A stretch of 64,000 bases of DNA from NCBI GenBank assembly GCA_964487475.1, contig CAZAPM010000003.1:62778-126777 (forward strand), given 5' to 3'. Position numbers and translations under genes: made by a program. This DNA comes from an uncultured Planctomycetales bacterium (GTDB lineage: Bacteria > Omnitrophota > Gorgyraeia > Gygaellales > Profunditerraquicolaceae). Positions 1-9,548 of the stretch are shown in pieces (the stretch's first letter is position 1; every line of letters starts with the position of its first letter). Under the pieces are notes generated by a model. That model ran no database searches. It was given only the letters and a program-made list of their open reading frames with translations, and was not told where the DNA came from.

Positions 1-434
1 CGGGGACTACAGAAGGCGCCTTTACAGCGGGGGCCACGGGCTTAGGAGCGACCGCGGGCGCTGCCGGTGCAGAAGGCACCGTCCCGGCCCCACCTTTAAA
101 GCCGGGGACTGCAGAAGGCACCGTCCCGGCCCCACCTTTAAGGCCGGGGACTACAGAAGGCACCTTTACAGCGGGGACCACGGGCTTAGGCGCAACCACC
201 GGCGCTACGGGATGCACCTCTTCGGCTTTCTTCACCGCCGCCTTAGGCGCAGCCTTGCGCGGTTTCGCTTTCGCGGGGACTGTCGCTTTCTTTGCCGGAG
301 CTTTCTTTACCGCCGGTTTCTTTTCGGCTGCAGGAGACGCCGCGGATTTCGCTTTCGTCGCCGGGGCCGCTTTTTTCTTAGCCTCTTCCTTGGGCTTTAT
401 CTTTTCGCTCGTATCCTTCTTGGCTTTCATCATA
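1..434 (-). CDS. infB: Translation initiation factor IF-2, N-terminal low-complexity region; gene runs off the left edge
   Basis: The minus-strand reading frame starts at ATG 434 (MMKAKKDTSEKIKP...), 12 nt after the nusA stop, with an AAGGTG-like SD upstream. The protein is Ala/Pro/Lys-rich and repetitive (..GTVPSAVPGFKGGAGTVPSAP..), typical of IF-2 N-termini. It sits in the canonical rimP-nusA-infB order. There is no stop before position 1. Confidence 0.7.
8..206. repeat. In-frame tandem direct repeats inside the infB 5' region (42-bp unit x2 at 69-110 and 111-152, flanked by ~54-bp related copies at 8-61 and 153-206)
   Basis: The direct repeat gcagaaggcaccgtcccggccccacctttaa(a/g)gccggggact occurs twice with one mismatch. 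The flanking copies acagaaggc(g/a)cctttacagcgggg(g/a)ccacgggcttagg.gc.acc.c.ggcgct are also near-identical. Confidence 0.8.
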
Positions 435-446
435 GAACGCACCTTC

Positions 447-1691
447 TCACTTTCTCGACTTCAAAGCTTTTGCCGCCTCGATGATCTTCTCGGCCTTCTT
501 CTCTCCGACACCCTTCGCTTTGCACAAATCCTCGACACTCGCGTTGCGTACGTCATCCACGGTAGTGAATCCCGCTTCCTGCAATGCCTCAACCGTCTTC
601 TCGCCTACTCCCGGCAGCTCGGAAAGCGCGGGCCCTTTCGCAGCACCGGCCTCGGCACTCGCTTCGCTCGCTTCGCTCGCCTCGGCTTCCGCCGCAGGAG
701 CTTCCTCCTCGCCCGCAACGGCGCCTTCCTTGAGCATATCCTGCGCCGACGTTCCGGATTTCGTACGGATGTCCAGGTCCCAGGATACCAGCTTCCCGGC
801 CAAACGGACGTTCTGTCCGTGCTTGCCGATCGCCAGGGAAAGCTGATCGTCGTCGACGATCACCTCGGCCTTGCCGTGCTCTTTATCCAGCTTGATCTCG
901 GCGATCTTCGCCGGCTGCAACGCTGCCTTGATATATTCCTTCATGTCGTCGCTGTAACGGACGATATCGATCTTCTCCCCCTGCAACTCGTTGACGATAT
1001 TGCGCACGCGGTTGCCGCGCATCCCGACACAGGCTCCTACGGAATCCACCTTGTCGTTCTTGGAATAAACCGCGATCTTGGTCCGGTCCCCGGCCTGGCG
1101 CGCGATGGATTTGATCTCCACGATCCCTTCGAATATTTCCGGGACCTCCAGCTCAAAAAGCTTTTTGACGAAGAACGGGGTGGCGCGGGAAATGATGATC
1201 TGCGGCCCTTTGGTGTCCTTCTTCACTTCCAGCACATAGGCGCGGATCCGCTGACCCTGCTTGTACTCCTCCTTGGGGGACTGCTCGCGCTTAAGCAGCA
1301 GCGCTTCCGCTTTCCCCAGCAGGTCTACGACGATATTGCCTTTCTCGAAACGGTACACCGTCCCGGAAACGATCTCGCCCACCCGGCTCTGGAAATCGGT
1401 GAACACCACTTCCTTTTCCGCTTCGCGGATCTTCTGTATGATGACCTGGCGCGCCGTGGAAGCGGCGATGCGGCCGAAATCGATGGAATGGATCTCCTCC
1501 TCGTTACGGTACGCCCGCACCTTCCCGGTGAACCGGTCGAGCTCGACGCGCAGCTCCTCCTCCGGCTTGACATCGATCACTTTACGCGCCGCCGATAACA
1601 AAGCGCTCTCGACCGCCTCGATCAGAACCTCTTTTTTGATCCCTTTTTCCCGCTCCAACTGTTCCAAGATTGCCAGCAATTCGTGACTCAT
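447..1691 (-). CDS. nusA: Transcription termination/antitermination factor NusA
   Basis: 414 aa. The N-terminal NusA domain, S1 domain, two KH domains and an acidic C-terminal HhH region are all recognisable (..GIKKEVLIEAVESAL.., ..ELPGVGEKTVEALQEAGF..). Confidence 0.95.
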   Translation of the reverse strand: MSHELLAILEQLEREKGIKKEVLIEAVESALLSAARKVIDVKPEEELRVELDRFTGKVRAYRNEEEIHSIDFGRIAASTARQVIIQKIREAEKEVVFTDFQSRVGEIVSGTVYRFEKGNIVVDLLGKAEALLLKREQSPKEEYKQGQRIRAYVLEVKKDTKGPQIIISRATPFFVKKLFELEVPEIFEGIVEIKSIARQAGDRTKIAVYSKNDKVDSVGACVGMRGNRVRNIVNELQGEKIDIVRYSDDMKEYIKAALQPAKIAEIKLDKEHGKAEVIVDDDQLSLAIGKHGQNVRLAGKLVSWDLDIRTKSGTSAQDMLKEGAVAGEEEAPAAEAEASEASEASAEAGAAKGPALSELPGVGEKTVEALQEAGFTTVDDVRNASVEDLCKAKGVGEKKAEKIIEAAKALKSRK

Positions 1692-1725
1692 GATCCTCTC
1701 CGTTAGTTTCTATGCGTACTGCCCC

Positions 1726-2190
1726 TTACAATTCCAGCCGCGCCTTGTTGATCGCCGCCAGCGGTATTTCCAGCAATGCATCCGTCTCCCCATCCTGCCG
1801 GACCGTCACTTTTTCTTCATTTGCGTCGGTAATAACGCCCATCCATTCGATCTTTCCCGCCACCGCCTGGTTCAGGAAAAAACGCACCGGCCTGCCCTTC
1901 ACCCGCAGGAAATCCCTGGCCGTGCGCAGCGCTCTGTCCAGACCGGGAGAGGAGACCTCCAGCACGTAGCTGGAATCGAAGAACGCGCGCTGCTCGAACA
2001 ACTCTCCCAGCTCCCGGTTGATACGGGCGCAGGTATCCATGGTGATCCCGCCTTCCGGCAGGTCCACGAATACCCTCACTACCGTGCGCGCACCTTCGCG
2101 GTGGCTCGTAAGATCGACCAGCTCGATCCCCTGAGGCTGTATATACGCCTCCACTGCCTGCGCGATGGCGCTTAAGGAACCCGTATCCAT
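1726..2190 (-). CDS. rimP: Ribosome maturation factor RimP
   Basis: 154 aa, DUF150/YhbC-like, immediately upstream of nusA in the conserved operon. Confidence 0.85.
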   Translation of the reverse strand: MDTGSLSAIAQAVEAYIQPQGIELVDLTSHREGARTVVRVFVDLPEGGITMDTCARINRELGELFEQRAFFDSSYVLEVSSPGLDRALRTARDFLRVKGRPVRFFLNQAVAGKIEWMGVITDANEEKVTVRQDGETDALLEIPLAAINKARLEL

Positions 2191-2195
2191 ATCCC

Positions 2196-3431
2196 TTATC
2201 CCCTCACCGCCGCGGGCACATCCTCCGCCCGCACCGCAGATTTGGAGTTATCGCTGCGGCGCTTGACCTCGATATTGCCGCTTTTCAAATATTCCTTCCC
2301 GATCACCAGCTGCCAGGGGATCCCCAGCAGGTCCGCGTCATTGAACTTGACCCCCGGACGCTCGTCGCGGTCGTCAAGCAGCACTTCCACGTGCTGCGCC
2401 CGCAGCTGGCGGTACAGCGCCTCTGCCTGCTCCATGATCTTGGGATCCGCCACATCCAGCGGCAGGATCAGCACCTGCGCAGGGCTCACTTCCTTGGGCC
2501 AGAGGATACCTTTCGCGTCGTGATGCTGCTCGATGATGGTCGCCACCAGCCGGGACACTCCGATCCCGTAGCAACCCATGATAATGGGCTTACGCTGCCC
2601 CTCCTGGTCCAGGAACATCGCTTCCAGCGCGACCGTATACTTGGTTCCCAGCTGGAAGATATGCCCCACCTCCACGGTATTGATCTTCGCCATCGGGGTC
2701 CCGCAGGCGCACGCAGGCGCGTTGCCTTCCGCATAGGGCCTGGCCGATCTGCATGCCGGGCAGCGGAACACGAAATCCTCCCCGCTTTCCGCCGGCACCA
2801 TGAACTCATGGGAGACGCTTCCTCCCATCACCCCGGAATCCGCTTCGATGGATATGAAATCCAGCCCGCAGCGGGAGAAGATGTTCTGGTACGCCGTATG
2901 CATGAGCTGATAGTTCTTCTGCAGACCCGCCTCGTCCCGGTCGAAGCTGTAGGCGTCCTTCATGATGAACTCGCAGGCCCTGACCACCCCGAAACGCGGG
3001 CGTATCTCGTCACGGAACTTGGTCTGGATCTGATAGAGCACCATCGGCAGCTGGCGGTAACTGGATACGTGGTCCTTCACCAGGCTGGTAATGATCTCCT
3101 CATGGGTCGGGCCGAGGCATACGGCGCGCTTGCGGCGGTCGGTGAACCGGTACATCACTTCGCCCAGGGTCTTGTCCCGCCCGGTCTTCTGCCAGATCTC
3201 CAGCGGCTGCAGCGCCGGAAGCAGCAGTTCGGAAGCTCCGGCCGCGGCCATCTCCTCGCGGATGATGCGCTGGATGTTCTCCAGCACCCGTAACCCCAGC
3301 GGCAGATACGTATACGCTCCCGCCATCAGCATCCGCACCAGTCCGGAGCGCAGCATCAGCTGATGGCTGGCAGACTCCGCTTCCTGCGGCACTTCCTTGA
3401 TGGTGGGTATGAAAGTCTTCGTCCAATACAT
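2196..3431 (-). CDS. proS: Prolyl-tRNA synthetase, short bacterial-type lacking the INS editing domain
   Basis: 411 aa. Class II aaRS motifs 1-3 are present (..YLPLGLRVLENI.., FRDEIRPRFGVVRACEFIMKDAYSF, GCYGIGVSRL), followed by the anticodon-binding domain. A Cys4 mini-insert (FRCPACRS..CACG) sits where the INS domain normally lies. Confidence 0.9.
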   Translation of the reverse strand: MYWTKTFIPTIKEVPQEAESASHQLMLRSGLVRMLMAGAYTYLPLGLRVLENIQRIIREEMAAAGASELLLPALQPLEIWQKTGRDKTLGEVMYRFTDRRKRAVCLGPTHEEIITSLVKDHVSSYRQLPMVLYQIQTKFRDEIRPRFGVVRACEFIMKDAYSFDRDEAGLQKNYQLMHTAYQNIFSRCGLDFISIEADSGVMGGSVSHEFMVPAESGEDFVFRCPACRSARPYAEGNAPACACGTPMAKINTVEVGHIFQLGTKYTVALEAMFLDQEGQRKPIIMGCYGIGVSRLVATIIEQHHDAKGILWPKEVSPAQVLILPLDVADPKIMEQAEALYRQLRAQHVEVLLDDRDERPGVKFNDADLLGIPWQLVIGKEYLKSGNIEVKRRSDNSKSAVRAEDVPAAVRG

Positions 3432-3434
3432 GGC

Positions 3435-4694
3435 TTAATCCTTGGTAAAGAGTCCTTGGTCAAGCGGCACACCCGCTTTTTTGAACAACTGCATGAAACA
3501 CGGCGTCTTGCCCGTCGCCTTCCAGGCGCCTTTCACCTTCCCCTGCGCATCGACCCCTTCGATATCGTAGCGGAAGAGGTCCTCCAGCACCACTTTGCCG
3601 TCCTGCAGGCCGTGCACCTGGGTGATCTGAGTCACCACCCTGGTCCCGTCGATAAGCTGCTCGTGCTGCACCAGCAGATTGATGGCGGTGGCAATCTGGC
3701 GGTATACCGCCTCCAGGGTCAACGGCACGCCGGAAGCCAGGATCATGGTCTCCAGGCGGTAGATCACGTCTGCCGTCGAGCTGGCATGGATGACGGAAAG
3801 CGATCCCGTATGGCCGGAACAATTGGCCTGCAGCATATCCAGCGCTTCCGCGCCGCGGATCTCGCCTAAGATGATACGGTTAGGCCGCATACGCAGGGAG
3901 TTGCGGAAAAGCTCCCGGATGGATATCTCTCCCTTGCCCTCGATGTTCGCGGGCCGCGACTCCATGCGCACCACATGGTCCTGGCTCAAGTTCAGCTCCG
4001 CGGTATCCTCGATGGTGACGATCCTTTCGTCATTGCCGATATACGAGGAAAGCACGTTCAAGGTCGTGGTCTTGCCCGCGCCGGTCGCCCCCGCAAAAAG
4101 GATATTCACCTTGGCCTTGATACACGCGGTCAGGAATTGGCCGATCCGCTCGTCGATGGTCCCGAGGGATATCAGGTGCTCGATGGTATGTATCCCCTTG
4201 ATGAACTTGCGGATCGTCACCGTCGGCCCGTTCAATGCCACGGGAGGGATGACGATGTTCACGCGCGAACCGTCCGGCAGGGACACCTCGGTATACGGAT
4301 ACAGCTCGTCGACCCTGCGGCGCGTGGGCGCCAGGAATTTCTGGATCAGGTAACGCAGCTGGCTGTCGTCGTCAAAGACCACCGGGAGCAGCTCCTTTTT
4401 CCCGTTCTTCTCCACGTACACCTTCTGCGAGCCGTTGATCATTATCTCGGTGATCTGGGGGTCCTTCATCAGCCCCTCGATCGGGCCGAACCCCATCAGC
4501 TCGTCCCGCAACTCGGAGATCACGCGCTCCCGCTCCTGTTCCGAGATGATCACCGCTTCCCGGTTATGCATTTCGGTCAGCAGGTGATTGATCGCCTGGC
4601 AAAGCTCCTTCGCATCCAGCGTATCCCGGCTGAACAAACCGGCATAATCCGTCACCAGCCTCTCCCGCAACCTGCTTTTGAGCGTCTTGGACAT
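3435..4694 (-). CDS. CpaF/TadA-family (type II/IV secretion) AAA+ ATPase, orphan
   Basis: 419 aa. Walker A GATGAGKTT, Asp-box, Walker B and His-box (CSGHTGS) are present, with a CpaF-like N-domain. Its stop is 4 nt before the proS start and its start is 4 nt after the ispG stop. Confidence 0.8.
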   Translation of the reverse strand: MSKTLKSRLRERLVTDYAGLFSRDTLDAKELCQAINHLLTEMHNREAVIISEQERERVISELRDELMGFGPIEGLMKDPQITEIMINGSQKVYVEKNGKKELLPVVFDDDSQLRYLIQKFLAPTRRRVDELYPYTEVSLPDGSRVNIVIPPVALNGPTVTIRKFIKGIHTIEHLISLGTIDERIGQFLTACIKAKVNILFAGATGAGKTTTLNVLSSYIGNDERIVTIEDTAELNLSQDHVVRMESRPANIEGKGEISIRELFRNSLRMRPNRIILGEIRGAEALDMLQANCSGHTGSLSVIHASSTADVIYRLETMILASGVPLTLEAVYRQIATAINLLVQHEQLIDGTRVVTQITQVHGLQDGKVVLEDLFRYDIEGVDAQGKVKGAWKATGKTPCFMQLFKKAGVPLDQGLFTKD

Positions 4695-4697
4695 AGG

Positions 4698-5756
4698 TTA
4701 TTTCTCCAGTTCCTCAAGAAGCACTTTCACGCATTCGTGGGGGGCGACCTTCTTCACCGCTTTGCCGCCCTTGAACAGCAGCCCTTCCTTCTTGCCGAAC
4801 GCCACCCCGATATCCGCCTCGCACGCCTCTCCCGGCCCGTTCACCACGCACCCCATCACCGCCACTTTCAAAGGCTTCTTCTTCGTCATAGGCATGGCGG
4901 AAAAACGCCGCTCCAGCTCGTTGACCACGGAGATCACGTCCACCTCGCAGCGGCCGCACGTCGGACAGCTGACCACCTGATGCCCGAAGGCACGCAGCTC
5001 CAGCGCTTCCAGCACCGCCCGCGCCGCGACGATCTCCTCCTTCGGATCGTCGGTCAGGGAGATGCGCAGCGTATCCCCGATCCCCTCGTGCAGCAGGATC
5101 CCCAGGGCGATCGCCGACTTGATCGCGCCCTGACGCGGGGCACCCGTCGCGGTCACTCCCAGATGCAAGGGATAGTCGCACACCTTGGCCGCATGCCGGT
5201 ACGCCTCCACCGTTTCCATCACCGTCGAGGCCTTCAGGGATATCACGATATCCCGGTAATGCATCTTCTCGATCATGCGCACATAGGAAAGCACGGCCTC
5301 GGCCAGCTTCTTCGGCAGCGAACCGGCGCGGGTATGCGCTCCGGCGATCGACCCGGAATTAGCGCCCACCCGCAGGGGGATCCTGGCCTGCTTCAGCGCG
5401 CTGACCACCTGCTCCACTTCCTGTTTCTTATAAATGTTGCCGGGATTAAGCCGGATCTTATCCGCACCCGCCTCGATGGCTGCCAGCGCCAGCCGGTAGT
5501 CGAAATGGATATCCGCCACCAGGGGGATACGTATACCCTTCCTGATCGCGGCGATGGCACGCGCATCCTCCAGGTCCTTGACCGCGACCCGGATGATCTC
5601 GCATCCGGCCTTGGCCAGGGCATTGGCCTGCGCGATCACCTTCGGGGCATCCGAAGTCTTCACCTTGGTCATGGACTGGATCGCCACCGGGAAACGGCCG
5701 CCTATGGCGACCGTGCCGATACGCACTACCCGTGATCTCCTTCTGCCCGCGCTCAT
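4698..5756 (-). CDS. ispG: 4-hydroxy-3-methylbut-2-enyl diphosphate synthase IspG (GcpE)
   Basis: 352 aa. The GcpE TIM-barrel and the C-terminal 4Fe-4S Cys motif (SCPTCGRC...GCVVNGPGE) are recognisable. Confidence 0.95.
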   Translation of the reverse strand: MSAGRRRSRVVRIGTVAIGGRFPVAIQSMTKVKTSDAPKVIAQANALAKAGCEIIRVAVKDLEDARAIAAIRKGIRIPLVADIHFDYRLALAAIEAGADKIRLNPGNIYKKQEVEQVVSALKQARIPLRVGANSGSIAGAHTRAGSLPKKLAEAVLSYVRMIEKMHYRDIVISLKASTVMETVEAYRHAAKVCDYPLHLGVTATGAPRQGAIKSAIALGILLHEGIGDTLRISLTDDPKEEIVAARAVLEALELRAFGHQVVSCPTCGRCEVDVISVVNELERRFSAMPMTKKKPLKVAVMGCVVNGPGEACEADIGVAFGKKEGLLFKGGKAVKKVAPHECVKVLLEELEK

Positions 5757-6853
5757 GGCTTCTCCGGAGCGTTCACCATCGCCGTTATCTTCTCCCCGAA
5801 AAACCTCGAAATATCATGGTAGGTCACGAAAAGCACAAAGCAGATGATAAGGCTCATCCCCACGTTGGTCACGACCTTTTCCGTGCGCTGGCTCAAGCTC
5901 CGTCCGCGCAGCTGCGCCAGACCCAGGAACATGATATGCCCTCCGTCGAACACCGGGATGGGCAGCAGGTTGAAGATCGCCAGGGAAAGGCTTAAGATCC
6001 CCATCCAGTTTATCATCGCCACCGCGCCGTAATGCGCCACCTTGGAGGTCACGTACATCACCCCTACCGGACCGGTCGCGGCGTCCTTGACCGAAAGCTG
6101 GCCGGTAAGCATCCGCCAGAACGCGTCATACGTCATCACGGTCAGGTCCGCGGTCTTGACCACGGCCGCCCGGAGCGCGGCAAAGAACCCGTATTTCTTG
6201 GAGACCAGTTCCCCGGCATACTCAACGCCCACCCTTCCTACGGCATGCTTTTTCCCGAACACATCCACATATTCATCGGACTTGACCACGACCTGAAAAG
6301 TGCGGGTCTCCTCCCCCCGTACCACCTCCAGGACCGCCGTCGAGCCTCCGGGAAGGTCACGGACGCTCCGCTGAAAATCATCCCAGGTCTCGACCGCGGT
6401 ACCGTTGACCGAACGCACCAGGTCACCGGCCGCGATCCCCGCCTCCTTCGCCCCGAACCCGTCCCGCACGCCGCCGATGCGCGTCGTGATGATCGGCTCT
6501 CCGATCAGGCAGACGGCAACGAAACACAGGAACCCGAACACATAATTCGTCAGGGGGCCGCTGGCGATGATGAAAGCCCGGGCCCTTTTCGACTTGGAAA
6601 GGTATTCGTAGGGCTTCCCCCGGCACTCCTCCGCGGCATCCCCTGCGAGTTTCACGTAGCCTCCCAGGGGTACCGCCGCCAGACCGTACTCCGTATCCCC
6701 GACTTTCTTACGCAGCAAACGGGGACCGAACCCCAGATAGAACTTCTCCACCTTGACCCCCACCCTGCGGGCCGCGAGAAAATGCCCCAATTCGTGCACC
6801 GCAATCAGCACGCCCAGCACGCCGAGCGTTATCAGCATAGAAAGGAATACCAT
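5753..6853 (-). CDS. rseP: RIP site-2 metalloprotease, RseP family (M50)
   Basis: 366 aa with HELGH (HExxH) in TM1, a PDZ domain and an LDG motif (NLLPIPVFDGGH). Confidence 0.85.
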   Translation of the reverse strand: MVFLSMLITLGVLGVLIAVHELGHFLAARRVGVKVEKFYLGFGPRLLRKKVGDTEYGLAAVPLGGYVKLAGDAAEECRGKPYEYLSKSKRARAFIIASGPLTNYVFGFLCFVAVCLIGEPIITTRIGGVRDGFGAKEAGIAAGDLVRSVNGTAVETWDDFQRSVRDLPGGSTAVLEVVRGEETRTFQVVVKSDEYVDVFGKKHAVGRVGVEYAGELVSKKYGFFAALRAAVVKTADLTVMTYDAFWRMLTGQLSVKDAATGPVGVMYVTSKVAHYGAVAMINWMGILSLSLAIFNLLPIPVFDGGHIMFLGLAQLRGRSLSQRTEKVVTNVGMSLIICFVLFVTYHDISRFFGEKITAMVNAPEKP

Positions 6854-6856
6854 TCT

Positions 6857-8044
6857 TTATCTCCGCTTATGCCCCTGTTGGCCCCTGCCGGTCCCCGCGC
6901 CGACCGACTGCTGCGCCTGACGCCTGGCCCAGGCATCGGCTTCCTCGATATCCCGCAGCGAAGGCGCCGCCACCTTCCGGTGCGCGCGCATCGTCCGCTC
7001 CACTACGTCGGGTATGGCGGAAAACCCGATCCCTCCCTGCAAAAACGCCTGCACCGCCACTTCATCCGCGGCGTTGAGCACGCACGGCATCGTGCCGCCG
7101 TAGCGGGCCGCGCGGTACGCCAGCGCCAGCGCCGGGAATCTTTCCAGATCCGGCGCCTCGAAATGCATCGTGCCCAGCCGCACGAAATCCAGAGGCTCTA
7201 CCTGCGGGCACTCCAGCCTGTCGGGATACGTGAGCGCATACTGGATGGGGATGCGCATATCGGTCGTGGAAAGCTGCGCCATCACCACTCCGTCAATGAA
7301 CTCCACCATCGAATGAATGATCGCTTCGGGGTGGATCACCACCTTCACCTGCTCCGCGGGGACCCCGAAAAGGTACATCGCCTCGAGGAATTCCAGCCCC
7401 TTGTTCATCAGGGTCGCCGAATCCACCGTGATCTTACGGCCCATGCTCCAGCGCGGATGCGCCAGCGCCTGCGCCACCGTGATGCGCCGCATTTGACTGC
7501 GGGAAAGATTGCGGAACGGCCCTCCCGAAGCGGTCAGATAGATCGCCTTCACCCGGCGTTTCTGCTGGCCGTGCAGGCACTGCCAGACCGCGGACTGCTC
7601 GCTGTCCACAGGCTTGATGGCGACCTTTTTCCGCTGCGCCAGCCCCATGATCAGCGGACCGGCCATGACCAGCGCTTCCTTATTTGCCAGCACCACATCC
7701 TTGCCTGTGCGCACCGCCTCCATCAGAGGAGGAAGCGCCGCCGCGCCCGTCACCGCCATCACCACTTCGTCGATACCCGCCGCGCCGGCGATCTCGCAGA
7801 GCCCTTCCCGTCCCCAGACCACTTTGGTCCGCCGGCCCAGCGCACGGGAGATCCTCACCGCCGATCCTTCCAGCGCCGCGCATACCCATCCGGGCTTGAA
7901 CTCCTTCGCCTGGGCCATGAGCAGCTCCTCCCGCATGCCGCCGGCGATAGCCGCGACCCTGAACCTGCCGGGATACTGCCTGACCACATCCAAAGTACTG
8001 TGCCCGATCGAACCCGTAGAACCCAGCAGCGCGATCCGCTTCAT
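6857..8044 (-). CDS. dxr: 1-deoxy-D-xylulose 5-phosphate reductoisomerase
   Basis: 395 aa with GSTGSIG NADPH motif, the characteristic LANKE motif, and Dxr middle and C-terminal domains. Confidence 0.95.
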   Translation of the reverse strand: MKRIALLGSTGSIGHSTLDVVRQYPGRFRVAAIAGGMREELLMAQAKEFKPGWVCAALEGSAVRISRALGRRTKVVWGREGLCEIAGAAGIDEVVMAVTGAAALPPLMEAVRTGKDVVLANKEALVMAGPLIMGLAQRKKVAIKPVDSEQSAVWQCLHGQQKRRVKAIYLTASGGPFRNLSRSQMRRITVAQALAHPRWSMGRKITVDSATLMNKGLEFLEAMYLFGVPAEQVKVVIHPEAIIHSMVEFIDGVVMAQLSTTDMRIPIQYALTYPDRLECPQVEPLDFVRLGTMHFEAPDLERFPALALAYRAARYGGTMPCVLNAADEVAVQAFLQGGIGFSAIPDVVERTMRAHRKVAAPSLRDIEEADAWARRQAQQSVGAGTGRGQQGHKRR

Positions 8045-8835
8045 CGCTCCAAAGAGGAAATGTAGAAATAGAACACCGGCGCGGTGAAGATCAGACTGTC
8101 CACCGCGTCCAGCACGCCCCCCAAACCCGGGATCAGGTTGCCGGAATCCTTGATCTGACAGTCACGCTTCAGCAGCGACTCGGAAAGGTCTCCCAACTGC
8201 CCCAGGATCCCCAGTCCCAGCCCGATCAGCGAGAGGTGCCAGAAACTGAAATTGAACACCGGCTGAAATACCATGGCCGCCAGCATGCTGAAGACCAGTC
8301 CCCCTATCGCGCCCTCTACCGACTTCTTGGGGCTGATACGCGGGATAAGCGGCCTTTTACCGAACCGCGTTCCGACGAGATAACAGCCGATATCCCCCAT
8401 TTTCGTGATCAGCAGCACGCTGCAGACCAGCCACAGCCCGTTCGGCAGCATGCGCAGCTTGATCAGGAAACTCAGGAACCAGGAAATATACAGCACGCCG
8501 AAGATCGTGGTCGAGATCCCCACCAGCGCCCCGCTGTTCTGCCTCCGGGTGAACTGCATCAGGAACAGGAACACCAGGGAGGCCACGATACACAACAGCT
8601 CCCAGCTGCGGGTCGGCTCGAAACGGAACGCGATGGACAGCGGGATCAGCGCCGCGACCGCCGTGCCGAAATACTTGTAGGTCATGATCTGCTTATGCTC
8701 GAGCATCAGGAAATACTCGTACATCCCCAGGCAGATGAACACGGTCAGAGCGATCCCGGTGGCCCAGATCGAAGAAAGACCCAAGGCAATGACCCCCACC
8801 AGCACGACCGTACTCATTGTCCTGTGTTTCAGCAT
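8041..8835 (-). CDS. cdsA: Phosphatidate cytidylyltransferase CdsA
   Basis: CTP_transf_1 signature at the C-terminus (..[31 protein letters not shown]..). The start was chosen at an internal Met ([11 protein letters not shown]) because the longer ORF runs into uppS; the exact start is uncertain. Confidence 0.8.
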   Translation of the reverse strand: [264 protein letters not shown]

Positions 8836-9530
8836 ATGTTCCCGAACCTCCGCTGCCTGCCCTGAAAATCCTCGATGGCCGCGGAAAGATCGCGGGTGCG
8901 GAAATCCGGCCAGTACTTCTTCGTAAAATACAGCTCGGCGTAAGAAAGCTGCCAGAGCAGAAAATTGCTGATGCGTAACTCTCCGCTGGTGCGGATAAGC
9001 AGGTCCGGGTCCGGGATGTCCCGGGTATACAGGTACCGGGAAAACATCTTTTCCGTCAGGTCGTCCGGCGCGGCCGACCCGCGCTCCACGTCCCTGGCAA
9101 AGGCGCGGCACGCCGCCAGCATCTCCTGACGGCTGCCGTAATTAAGCGCCAGGATCGCGGTCAGTCCGGTATTGCCCGCGGTCTTCTCCTGCGCCTGCGC
9201 GATCCGCTTCAGCAGCTTCGCGCTGATCGGCTCCCTCTCCCCGATCACCAGGAAACGCACGTTGTTCTTATGCATCTCCTCGACCTGCTTGTCCAGAAAA
9301 CTGTCCAGGAAATGCATAAGCATCTGCACTTCCCTTTTCGGACGGGTCCAATTCTCGGTCGAGAACGCGAAAAGGGTGACGAATTTGACCCCCAGCCCGT
9401 GCGCGTCGCGCAGGATCTCCTGCACCCGCTTCACCCCTTCACGGTGCCCGGCAGTGCGGGGTAACCCCTTTTCCTTGGCCCAGCGGCCGTTGCCGTCCAT
9501 AATGATCGCCACATGTTCGGGAAATCGCAT
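8829..9530 (-). CDS. uppS: Undecaprenyl diphosphate synthase (cis-prenyltransferase)
   Basis: 233 aa with HVAIIMDGNGRWA and the RTSGE...R..NFLLWQ motifs. Confidence 0.95.
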   Translation of the reverse strand: MRFPEHVAIIMDGNGRWAKEKGLPRTAGHREGVKRVQEILRDAHGLGVKFVTLFAFSTENWTRPKREVQMLMHFLDSFLDKQVEEMHKNNVRFLVIGEREPISAKLLKRIAQAQEKTAGNTGLTAILALNYGSRQEMLAACRAFARDVERGSAAPDDLTEKMFSRYLYTRDIPDPDLLIRTSGELRISNFLLWQLSYAELYFTKKYWPDFRTRDLSAAIEDFQGRQRRFGNIC

Positions 9531-9548
9531 CTTTTCTCAATAAGCCAA

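Noticed and set aside
255-1598. 447-aa plus-strand ORF. Similar long ORFs occur at 3975-5735, 6032-8065, 9513-11414, 12514-13449, 13826-14983, 36792-38060, 47143-49389, 55232-56350 and 59339-61015.
   Set aside because: All lie antisense to minus-strand genes with clear conserved motifs. Their translations are Arg/His/Gly/Pro-rich low-complexity strings with no recognisable domains. These are typical shadow ORFs of high-GC DNA.
8836-9111. N-terminal 92-codon extension of the cdsA ORF.
   Set aside because: It overlaps the uppS coding region in another frame and is low-complexity. An internal Met directly after the uppS stop gives a protein starting at the first TM helix.
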